From the NCBI GenBank assembly GCA_051362555.1, contig CM120646.1, forward strand, positions 15,004,001-15,068,000: a stretch of DNA of 64,000 nucleotides, in the 5' to 3' direction. Below are positions 1 through 11,500 of this stretch, piece by piece (within the stretch, counting starts at the first letter, position 1; each line of letters starts with the position of its first letter). The position numbers were made by a program, and so were the translations under genes. The notes beneath the pieces are model-generated. The model searched no databases. It saw only the letters and a list, made by a program, of their open reading frames with translations, and had not been told where the DNA came from. The stretch comes from Lingula anatina (taxonomy: Eukaryota > Animalia > Brachiopoda).

Positions 1-728
1 TCCTAGATATTGCCATAGCAGTACCAGTGCCACGACGATGCCTGCAGTGGATGACCAGACCATATGGAAGAAGATAGTCGCGTCCTGCATCTTCTGTGCG
101 TCTACTGACATTAAGTTAACAATCTCCCCCACTGTTGATTTCTTCCTTCCAGCGCTACTTAACTTCAATGACTTGAGAAAAAAAAATATGGGTAAGGTGC
201 TACATATCAATATTGCAAAAAGTCGCTACTCACTAGATAAGATAATCTAGCTACATTTAATGTGGTTTTATATGCCTTAATGGTACAGAGATAATTTACT
301 GTACTTGTATGTCATGATATTCATATTTTGAAACATATTCTGTAAACCATGTGATCAGCTGGATGAAAATAGCATTGTATAATTTGGTATATGATTGGTA
401 TATTGTGTATGGTATAATTTGGTATGTGCTGGGTATAATTTGGTATATGATATACACCAGCTTTCCAAATACCCACAGCACCGTCTTTACCATTCTCAAC
501 ATAATAAAAGAGACATTACGAGACACACCTTCCTATACACAGTTGCTATTATAGCCGTGCGAATCCTTAATCCAACTCTCAAGCAAATTCGTCTGTAGCT
601 CTGGTTGATCAGGGAACGAAGCATACTGGCTGAAAACATTACCGCGGCCAGCAAGTAACCCCGCCACGTGAGCGGGTCGCCAGTTTCTACAAAGGTAATT
701 ATCAGGCTGAAAGGGAAAAAGTAGTTTG

Positions 729-769
<41 letters not shown>

Positions 770-986
770 TTGACAACTTATTATAAGACAACTGTCATTA
801 TTTAGTTATTTATCACATAAAATTAAAAGTTCTCAAGAACCTGTTTTAGTTTGCATCGTGGGATTTTAAAACATAATAATCAATGTAGCAAAATGATCCG
901 CCGAGATTAAAATATCACTTTACATATACTTTCATATTTGGCTCTTCGGTCTTCCTTTTGCTTTTATTTCAAGACAACAACAACAA

Positions 987-1036
<50 letters not shown>

Positions 1037-3957
1037 CATGCGCTTGTGGTAGGAAAATCGATTTAGACTATTTTCTTACTTTAACAGCATTGGATTGACG
1101 AATGTAACAGCATCAAAAGTCAGACGAAGCAGTGCGGCAATAGCGTAGTAAGGTCCGAATGTTCGTAGTAGAGCCTTTAGTAAGCTTGGTTCTCCACGCC
1201 CCGGAACATGTGCTGACTCCAATGTCACACTATCTGTTCGAGTCGTCTTGGCAGATTGGTTTTCGTTATTCATCTGGTGGTACTTTTGGTGCCCATTGGG
1301 AATACTGCCGTAGGTCTGACTTGCAGTGAAACGAACGGCTGAAACACTAAGAAATAATGCACATATAACACAAGGAATTTAATACATTTGTATTGAAAAC
1401 GAATATGCCTATGGAAAAAAACAGTTCTGAATTACAGACGGACGATTCTCAATCGGTTAAGACTTGCCTATGAAGAGGACATCTGCGTACCTCAATTTCT
1501 CCTTCTCTTTTCCCCATTCTCTGAGAAACTTTGGAAGAATGACGTCACATGAGTCTTCAGGAAGCAGTCTGTACATATCAGCAAACACCAGAGTCTGCTT
1601 GTATCCCTTCACTATAAGTCTGAGATGATATCACATGCCAAGTATATATTAAGACAATCAGTTAATGAAATTCAGTCTTTCGTAGACAAGCTTGCACAAG
1701 CACATAAATATAAATTTATACGCGTAATCGTATAAAATAACAAATTACGAAACTATAATAAGTTCTGTACATCAATGCAACCTCTAACTCTATTGAAATT
1801 TGAATATTGAAAAGTTTTGAATAATCCGATTGTCAAACTTTGAAATGATAAAAAATATAGATCTTATAATACATGTAGCTTTGACTGACTTTGTTATCCA
1901 CCAGTATGATATTCTAGATAAAAAGGACGCCCTTCTCTCTGGTGTCATTTCCTGAAATGAAAATATAATCTCAATCTTAAAAACGAATTCAGTTTTCTCC
2001 CCTGAATCATTCACTCAAACTTTAAACCTACGTCGCCATGTACAAATGCCACGTACGCCTTCGAAGTACGGCAATAACTGATTGCTAACGTTATTAAAAT
2101 ACTACATGTACAAAGAAAAGCCGATTATTAGAAAGTTAGAAATAAAATGTGTCTTTTGAAATTTAGTATCAATTAAGCGCTGTATCTCTGACAGCCAAGG
2201 AATTTGTCTATGTCCATACCCAGTTATCATTTGATTCCTCTGAGGATTTAGTTTTTGCCAGAATGGGTTGTTTTTCAGACCACGCTCCCCTGTCAGTTGT
2301 GCTTTCTGGCAGCGCTTTGGGATCCCCGAACAGGTGTAAAATGAACTCAAGGACGATGCAGGTGTAATGAACGCAGAATGTCACCACGCGGAACATGCTC
2401 TCAAGATCCTAAAATGAGATATGTCATTCGTTTTGGCGGTTTATGAAATATTGCTCCGGTTACTAGGGGTGAAAACAGAAGCAAACGTGCACCATGCAAA
2501 TTCAACCGTTTTAATTTTTCTACTGGCAAACCAAGGTGGTCATGCTTTCGTAATATCTTTGGGTTGACGTCTTTATCGTCTTTGTCGTTTACATAAAATG
2601 CTATGTGAACACTCACCTGAGTTTGCACCTGTATTATTTTAGATCTTAGTGACACACCCCCTAGTAGGAGAAGTATGGACCAGAAGATGAACAACATGGC
2701 TGAGGACACCTCTCCTTTCTTAAACTCGTACGTGATCAGAAACGATGACATTCCCTGAAATTAAGACTGTTTGTGAGCAGCACTAGTGGATAATAAAGTG
2801 AAAAGTGACGGATATTATCACTGACAAATGCCTGTTGTGACCGCCATTAAAACGTGCAACGGGAATTCATTCAGTCGCACGAAACTCTAAAAAAGCTTCT
2901 TAAAAGACCTTCCAAGAGTTATAGGTTCTATTATAGGTAGAATATGCTATATAATATGCTATGAGCAAGTGGACTTACAAATGTGATAGCGTATATGGCA
3001 GGTGCAATGAAGGCGGATGGTGGTGTGTGATGTGTTGGTATCTCACTGAATGATTTTAACAAATCCAAAATGGACGTCAAGATTAACAAAATGCTGAAAA
3101 ACTGAAAGATAATGTATATGTACGTTAAAGGCTTGCAAATCTGTAATATTGAATATAGAATGCATAAAACATTAAATATATGACAAGTATTCACTAATAT
3201 GATATTTAAAGACTGGAGAAATATTGATGATTTTACGAATCTAGATGTATCTTTTTTCTTGTGCACTTTCGCAAATAGTGCAAATGTTAAGAGGCAAATG
3301 TTTTTTTTTTCGAAAAGCTTTACTTTTAAGTGAAGAAAATTCCTCCTTTTATTTGTTTACTTAATAAAGAGGACACATGGCCCCTATTTGATAATGGAAT
3401 AAATAATAGTTAAACAGTAAAAATTGAAAAAAGTATGAAACATCTTATTTTTCTCTTCTATTTTTTTCTTTGTATTGACCGTTTTAGCAAAGTTCAGTTT
3501 CCCGGCGTCGCGTATCCTGTGCACGGTGGGTTTAGATGATAAAACTGGGATGAAAAAGAGGGCAAACAACCAGAAAATCCCACAGGACACCCAGACAAAC
3601 ACTGTGTCCTGGAAACATTGCGTGACGTCAGGATTACTGGTGTTCACTGTCAGACTCCAACTCTGTAAGGAGACAACAAATAGCACGTGTGTCGTCATTT
3701 GTTAAAATGTGGCGTCAAAGTTACAACATCAGTATTTTACGGCATATTTTTAATTGTCCGAATTGTGCACAGCATTTGGTTTACTTCATGTACTGGAGAA
3801 AACATACCGTAAAATGGTACACTGGGAACACGCATTATTTGTACAAGCAAATTTAGAGACAATTAATGGAACATGCAGAGATGCACTGGTTTCTTACCCA
3901 AAACGCTGCGTATCTTGAACCGTTTCCACAGAGGGCAGGCCAGTACATGTCCCCCAT
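1..3957 (-). CDS. ABCC1: MRP1/ABCC1-like multidrug resistance-associated ABC transporter, 5' part (TMD0, L0, start of TMD1); 3' end lies outside the window
   Basis: Exons read by hand, all GT-AG and frame-consistent: 3957-3898 (MGDMYWPALCGNGSRYAAFW), 3662-3480 (SWSLTVNTSNPDVTQCFQDTVFVWV...), 3101-2979, 2754-2617, 2408-2220, 1951-1890 (EMTPERRASFLSRISYWWIT), 1619-1491 (LIVKGYKQTL...), 1346-1080 (...EPSLLKALLRTFGPYY...NPMLL), 706-529 (...GLRIRTAIIATVYRK), 171-1 (...KKSTVGEIVNLMSVDAQK...). These match hallmark MRP1 motifs (NTSNPDFTKCFQNT, PE..ASFLSRITFWW, STVGEIVNLMSVDAQ). ABCC1 versus ABCC2/3 orthology cannot be resolved. Confidence 0.93.
732..1035. repeat. (AT)n and (AAT)n microsatellites in an ABCC intron (others at about 8489, 28405, 31852, 33668, 33779, 42690, 59855, 63221)
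   Basis: Directly visible simple repeats. Confidence 0.9.
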
Positions 3958-4003
3958 GTTGGTTAGTCTCGTCTCCTTTTTATTATGTCTTTTCCAATTT
4001 CTG

Positions 4004-4014
4004 ATGAGTCAGCA
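4004..4014 (+). promoter_or_regulatory. Antioxidant response element (CNC-sMaf site) ATGAGTCAGCA, 47 bp upstream of the ABCC ATG
   Basis: Exact match to RTGA(C/G)TCAGCA. Confidence 0.6.
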
Positions 4015-5180
4015 ACGACTTGTTTGGTCTTACTACACGTATCAGTTTTCTATATATTACTGCAAGCTTTACGCTATCTGAAATTGGCTTAACCGACTTT
4101 ATACGCCGTCTTATCATCAAGTGTGAGTGACTGGGGAAAGGGACATCATATATATGTTTAGACATGTACCCTGTTGACCTACAACGTGTGATCGTGATTT
4201 CACAATTATGAGCAATCGTGTAAATACTAAAACGATGCTGAACCAATGGTCTATATTATAGTGAGTAAGATGTAGATTGCAGTCGTAATGAATATTTTTA
4301 AACTGTGAGCACTCCCCCCCTTAAATGTTCTTGTGTGATTTATGATAAGAGAACAAAACTTTCACTGACAAAACCTTCAATTTCAAATAATTATATACTA
4401 GTTTTAAATACTTTTCTTACCATTTTAACATCAACTCTGCACTCGTCTGGGAAATAAGCCAGCTTTATTTTAATTGATAAATAAATTTATATATATATTT
4501 TTTAATCTTTGTGTTTATCAATTTGTTCCACTGACAACGTTGGTTTAATAGCTTAAAATTTATATTGGTAAAAACTGTATGATATTGATAAGGATTCGCC
4601 CGCTCTCAGGTGATGACATCACCTTTTATTGCATATCGCACCTCTCTCACCTCAGGAACCAAGTTTGCGCAAGTGCAGAAGAGTGATTTTAGTTAGACTA
4701 TGCGTTCTTGTTGCCCTACACCCCCTCCCCTCACTCCACCACCAACAGCACAACCACGACTACGAAAAACGAAACGCTGATCATTATCACCAATATCACC
4801 AATAATTCAAAATGTGTGAAAAATCGGACGGTTACTTGGATATGGTGAAAATTTAAGTTCTCTTGTAGAATTAAAAGATGCATATATAGCGTTTCAGGTG
4901 GTATATCTCCTGAATAGAGGCTTTTCACCTGGATAGCCTCATTTCCTGATTAAGATGCTCTAGACAGACATCGAATGGACGAAGGTTAACAATTTCAGCA
5001 TTTGCTGTTGATTGAAAAAAAATTACTTTATACCTTCAAATGCTAGTTTGTAGGAATTCATATTCTACAACACGCCAACGGCGTCTGGGTAACCTAGTTC
5101 TACAACCAGGCGCAGACGTTCTCACCCCGTGCTGCTACACTCCCTTGTTCTCCTTATCATCCATGACCCCCGGAATATCA

Positions 5181-5220
5181 CGCTGACTCAGGGGTGGCTA
5201 TGCTGACTCAGGGGTGGCTT
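5181..5220 (-). promoter_or_regulatory. 20-bp tandem duplication carrying two ARE/AP-1 cores
   Basis: cgctgactcaggggtggcta / tgctgactcaggggtggctt; the minus strand reads TGAGTCAGC(A/G) twice. Confidence 0.45.
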
Positions 5221-5853
5221 TGATCAACATAACTCAAAGAAAGCAAAGGCGATAAGATCAATCTTAACCTCAATGTCAACAAGTGTGTCAAGAGCTGTTA
5301 GCCTACTGCATGCAGTGGTAAAATGTACAGTGCCGCCGAAATCTAACTTTACTTATCATGCGGGTCCCTGCGGGTTGTTAATGCGGCCTGTTGCAGTAAA
5401 CATGGAAACAACATTGTCATACATGCGATGTTTGCTTTCTATTAACAATATTACCCTGTCAGTGTCCCGTAGGGTAATTATCGTGTCTTACTTTCTGCTA
5501 ACGAAAGAACCATCCCCTAACTCGCTGAGCTAAAGATCGAAGCTCAGCATGGTCGCATTTAAGTGATCGTTCAAGCGTTAATTGACATCTTCATTGCACC
5601 GTGGTTTCAGTCTACTTTGATGCTCTAATACGGGGATTTTAAGTATAAGAAATTGCCAACAACAAGTTTTCCTGATGGTCTCTTCGACTCCACACGCGCC
5701 TTTAAACGAATTAAACCTGTGCTCCAAGGTTTAATTGCTAGACCCCTGCAGCAACGGCGCGTGTGGAAGCGGGGAGATAATTAACTTACAAAAAGAGTGA
5801 GTTTTTTACAGACAGTGAATGTACGTTAACGTTTGTTTATATTCACCAACATA

Positions 5854-6091
5854 GGGCAGACCGGGGCTAGTTGAACCCTGGGCTAAGTTGGCCCCCAGTA
5901 GAGTATCTTTAATAAAATTACTTTAAGATGCTAAATTATTTCAATTCGACTCCCTGCCGACGCTTTCTTAGCACTATTGGATACGGTCACTTTACAAAAT
6001 GATGTGATCAATTCTTTTACCCCATAATTACTTTGTCATAAATTGATGGGAGGCGAACTTACGCCGGGGTCCAACTAGCCCCGGTCTCCCC
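5854..6091. mobile_element. TA-flanked MITE (Tc1/mariner/pogo-like)
   Basis: TA|GGGCAGACCGGGGCTAGTTG ... CAACTAGCCCCGGTCTCCCC|TA terminal inverted repeats. Confidence 0.75.
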
Positions 6092-6339
6092 TATATAACG
6101 TGACTCAGATACAATGTAGTTAAAATATTCTAATTAATATTGTAGTTAAAATGTACTTTAAATATACTACAGTGCCGTACAAATGAAAAGTCGAGCGACT
6201 TTACGCCAATCACATGCATACAGGAAATATTGGCATAATCCTACGTACATGTAAAAGGTTATATTTATTGCCATGTGCACATCGAAATCAACCGAAATAA
6301 TTTCAAAGCAGAACATAAGTAACATATCATTCAGCTTAA

Positions 6340-6676
6340 AGGGATAATAACTCTTCGTATGAGGTCTATATTTCACAATAAAAACATTGTGAATAACTCA
6401 CAGAAATATAATATATTCTGTTTTACGACAAAAACAGCAGTTATAGCTATTATTCTGATATCTGAGCTTGTCTTCAGACCACGTGACCTCCATTGATGGC
6501 TATACTCTGTTAAAATCTCTTAAGAGATTTTAACAAAAAACCAAACTTTTTAGAAAAAAACCAGGGACTAACTTTGAATGTAAAAATGGATTCATTAACC
6601 ATTGGTAAGCATGGGAAAATTGTTGTTTACTCCAGGAAAATTCATTTTTTGGCCAAAACGAAGAGTTATTATCCCT
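6340..6676. mobile_element. Non-autonomous Kolobok-like DNA transposon
   Basis: TTAA|AGGGATAATAACTCTTCG ... CGAAGAGTTATTATCCCT|TTAA: perfect 18-bp TIR, TTAA TSD, RR..YY ends; right part homologous to 58190-58335. Confidence 0.8.
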
Positions 6677-7426
6677 TTAAATTTCAATTATGAATTATGC
6701 ACTGGTTCGACCGAAATCGGGGAAAAATTCGGTTTATTCGTTAAGTAGAAATTGTATATACATTTCACACATGCAGATGTAAGCAGTGGTGTTACAATAT
6801 TGAACGTAAACTGATTTCGCATAAAGTATTTACAAAAACAGTAAAAAGGAATATATAACAAATTGAAAATATATATAGTAGTACGAGCAACCCTAACGAT
6901 GGCTCTTAAAACATGTAAAAATATCCTAACAATTTCACATAAATGCACTGATCTTCGTTGAAGTGGAATGTTAATTTGCGTCAAAAGTATATATCTTTAA
7001 ATCTCTTTTGTCACACTTAAAATGTACATGAAATCAATGTAGACTGTTCATATTCACCTTAAAATTTAACATAAGTTTTTTTTTCTTTTTGATTATTATT
7101 TTAGCATGGCTAGGCCGTACTGTGTTCATAAACCATAGCTAAAAATGCGGCAAAAATATATTTTAAGAAAATGTGCAAAGCAGATAATTATCCTAGCATC
7201 AAATATATAGTATGTTTATTCTACAAACATCCACTTCATAATCCAAGCTTTAGTCATTATTATAGTTTGTTGTTTATTCAATATAGTTTTTTTACCCCAC
7301 GTTATTTCTACTTTTGCTCAAAAAAGGTTGAACCAAATGTGCGTAGGCGTATATTTGCCTGGCAACACCATCATCGTTAATCATGTATCTAGCAAGTATA
7401 CTAGTTACATTGTAAAAGTCACATTA

Positions 7427-8495
7427 TTAAAAAGTGGCATCAGTCTCATAGACAGCAATTCCTGTGAGGAGTATAACACCACTGAACATGCCGACAGCTT
7501 GCAGGAGCAGAACTAAAAGTTCTCTCTTCAGTGTAGCTGCCTTAAAGTGGGTGAGCTCGGGGAGCTGGAAGTTGAAAAAAAAAGGAAAAAAAAGAGGCAC
7601 AAATTACGCCACGACACCTTTCAAGTTAGCATGAAATAAAAAAGCTAAATACCATGAAGAAAGCCTTGTGATCTTAGGGATCTTCGTTTCAACATTAGAA
7701 ACGGTATTCGATTTAATTTCTCATATCTTATTAAATACGTTTGATTCTAAGAGGTTAAAAATACTGCTTACACGCAAGCAGAAATCCTTTATCAAATCGC
7801 ACATGCGGCTATCCCAGTACTTGAGCACAACTAGAATTCTCCTCACATTATTTCTAGTGTTATTAAAACGGTTTTAGTCCAAGGTATTATCCCCATGGAC
7901 AAACAAACACACACACACCCACACACACACACATATACACTTACCATATCAACCAAGGCTATATACAAAAAGTTTCCTCCAGCCAATGCAAAGATCCACA
8001 TGGTAGCGGAGGGGGCCTGCCCCGCAAATACGCCGATCACCATGCCTATAAAGGCCAGCACAGAGGCGATCAGATTGTAAAACATAGCCTGGCGCACAGA
8101 CATCCCGGCACGAAGGCACATGGCAAAGTCACCTGGAAAAATTAAAAACACCGGGAAAATGTAGTCATTTGAAGCTCTATAAAGCCTGGTGTATATATAG
8201 CAAAAATAAAACAACTAAGTACAGTTTAAGACAAATAACGTTTGTTAAGATACTTCATGGTATATTACCACTTCATAGGATAAGCATTACTACTTCATGA
8301 TAGAAGGCGACTTCATTGGTTAAAAAATAAGGACCCTTAGGAGACTTCGTAGTATATTACCACTTCATGGTACATTGTATCTAAACATGTTTCAGTTCTG
8401 GTTGGATGTGGAAATTAGGCGTAAAGGTCGATATGATGTTTCATTCTTGACCATGATTTCCAGAGTGACGCGTGTATTTGAAATGGGATGTGTGT

Positions 8496-8526
<31 letters not shown>

Positions 8527-11500
8527 GGGGGGGGCGGGGGATAACATTTCTCACTCACATGATAGTGCGTATTTTATCTCGTTGGAGTTTAATGGCGCTG
8601 TTATTTTCAGATGTTCTCATAGATACCCGTGAGATTAACTTCTATAAATAATGTACTTTATTTCAAGAGCTCCGGTCCAGTGACGGAAAGCATAAAGCTA
8701 GTTTTTTGTTTTACCCATTTAGTTTTGAGATTTTTCAGATTTCGGGACGATTAAAAACTGACAATATTTGGACGTTGAATCATGATGGGTCTAAGGCACT
8801 AGATGTATAAGACAAACGAAGTGTATAAATAAACACATTGCCTGCCTTTAAACTGACCATGTGTGGTTTGATTGACGGCGCAGGTTTATAGATGTGGCTA
8901 GTACACAGTAGCAAGAATGTATGCCTTTCCACTGTAGGTAGAGAACTCTACTAGGCAGAGAGGTTTTAATTTTGCTCCACACTAAGTGTACATTAATATC
9001 TTTAACAAACCGTCTATTCCATTATTCGTGTTATAGAAGTATCTTTTGTAACTATGACATAAATGTTATGACTTGCAATAACAAGCTGTAAAAATAGGCT
9101 TTGCTATTGATATGCAACATAAATGTTTCGAAAATATCTCGGTCGTTTAAAAAGATTGACCTCCTGGCCTATATACTTAATGAAAACGCTTAGGTCGGAA
9201 AGTCTGAAATCTGAATCATTTGAAACGGTCAACTGTCCAGATAGATGTTGGGGAGAATGAAATACTGGGGATTCATAAAACTGGTGTAGAGCCGCATTTT
9301 GCAACTGCAACGCATTTTGCAACCAAAGAAAATCGTGAAAACGAATTTTTCAACCGCATTTTGCAACCAGAATTTTTTCTTAGTCAATAAATAGCAAGTG
9401 TGAATTTCTATAGAGGTAGAATTGGAATGGGGACGGGGTTGTCTCGGCTAGGTACGCTTACATTGGTCAAGCTTTCCCTGTGGTGGACAATTTATTATAT
9501 ACATGCATAATCTATTTAACATTGTTACATCCTAAACCATCATAGTTAGGAACTTGATACGTCGGGGATTAATAAACCTATCATTATAGGGATTTGCAAA
9601 GGCTCTTCGGAATTCAATTGTGACTTGGGGTGTGGTCGACCCTGGGGGTGGTCTATTCTAATTTTTACATCGCATTTTATGCTAGGAACATGAAACGTGG
9701 CTACATACTATTTTGAATGTAGAAGGGCACTTCGGATTTTTTTTTTTTTTTTTTTTTTTGGGGGGGGGGGGGGGGGGTCCTGGGGGCGGTTGAGTCTAAT
9801 TGACATTGTTATTCCTGCTATATCTATCCTTAGACCAATAAAGCTGGGAACGTAAGGCTATGGGGATTGAAAAATCTGTCTTTGGGGATGTGTATGGGTC
9901 TTTCTGTGTTTTTGTGACATTGGGTGTGGCCGCCCCTGGGGAGGTTGATTTTAAATTTTACATCGTTATTCGTGCTTCTACCACTACGCCATTACAGTTG
10001 GGAACATGAAACCTTCCGGGCTGATAAGCTTACCATTGAGGATATGCATATAGGTTTCCGGGAATGTTAGTATGATATTTCAGGTGTGGCTATCCCGGGG
10101 GGTGGTTGATTCTATTTTTCACAACTTTATTTCTGCCATCTATACCCTTAAATTTTAAGGAACATGAAACGGAGATTGATGAACCAGTCATTTTAATGAA
10201 TGTGCATGGGTCCTAGAGAAATGTAGAGAACAGCAGAAGCACATACAGAACAAAATGGACTTCCAGCCATATGCATATAGGTCAGGGAATCCAATTAAAA
10301 ACTAATTCAAGGCCCCACACATTCGATCAGGAATCCTAGCGTTTAACTGCTGTTGTGTCTTAACACAAAACAAAAATGTTTATTTCCCAAGAGCAGTAAT
10401 TAACATGTGTGTTTTATGTTAAAGAACAATGGGACTTGGACCCTACATGTAGGATTCCTGAGAGTATGGGGTCTTGAATGGGTTTTAATTAACCTGACCT
10501 ATATTCAAGAATACGTCTGAAGGTCTGTTATTTAGTACTGTCTGCTGCTTTCTCTACATTTCCCCTTCCTTCTTAACTCGAAGACCGCCATCAGATTCAC
10601 ACATAGGATGTAGTGCTAGCTGGGTCGGTCCAACTCTGCAAGGAATCTTAAGTGCAATTTATGGAATCAGCTTCATTGCCTGACAAACCACTAATCACTC
10701 CACCCCCTAGGGACGGCCACACCCCAAGTCACACTAATGTAGCCCACCCATGCACCAAAGACTCATGTTTCTTATTCGAATGGTCTAGGGGGAGATGAAA
10801 TAAATTACGGTAATACATATGTGTACCATCCCCAGGGACAGCCACACCCCAGGTCACAAAAAAAAACCTGCCTATGCACACCCCGACATTTTAGTTTCCT
10901 CAACCTAAAGACCTATGGGTATATAGCAAAAAATACAATTTAAAGATAATAATCAACCACCCCTAGATCACCAAAGTCACCAAAAATCCGAAGGACACTT
11001 GCACATCCCTAATGGCAAGTTTAAATATCCACAACGTCTCATGCTCCTCACCTAAATGGATAAAGGATACCAGTAACAACGATATTAAAAATATATACCC
11101 CCCCCCCCAAAGGACTGCAAAGTCCCACTACTAAAGGTCTACGGGTAGATAGCAGAAATCACGATGTAAAAATTACAATCAACCACAATTCTGAATAAAT
11201 ATCAATCTACAAGCCTGTTGATCTCGCAGATCAACTACGTTAATTAGGCTGCTAAACAACAAGTAGGCCTACCCCCCCCCCTCCGAACGCCTTATTAACA
11301 GGTTTCCAAATGCAGACTGTGCCGCAGATAATACTTTCGGGTCATATGAGAGCCAGCCAAGGGCACATTTCGGGGACACCATTGATCACACCATGATGGA
11401 CATTCACAGGTGTAGGACCAGAACAGAGCATCTCGGAAACCAAGGGACAGACGTATATCATTACACTTGCGCGTGTCTTTCCTCATGGAAAAATTAGTCT

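Noticed and set aside
296-598. Overlapping Tyr/Ile/Trp-rich ORFs
   Set aside because: Produced by a short intronic tandem repeat (tataatttggtat...) and the antisense of an ABCC exon.
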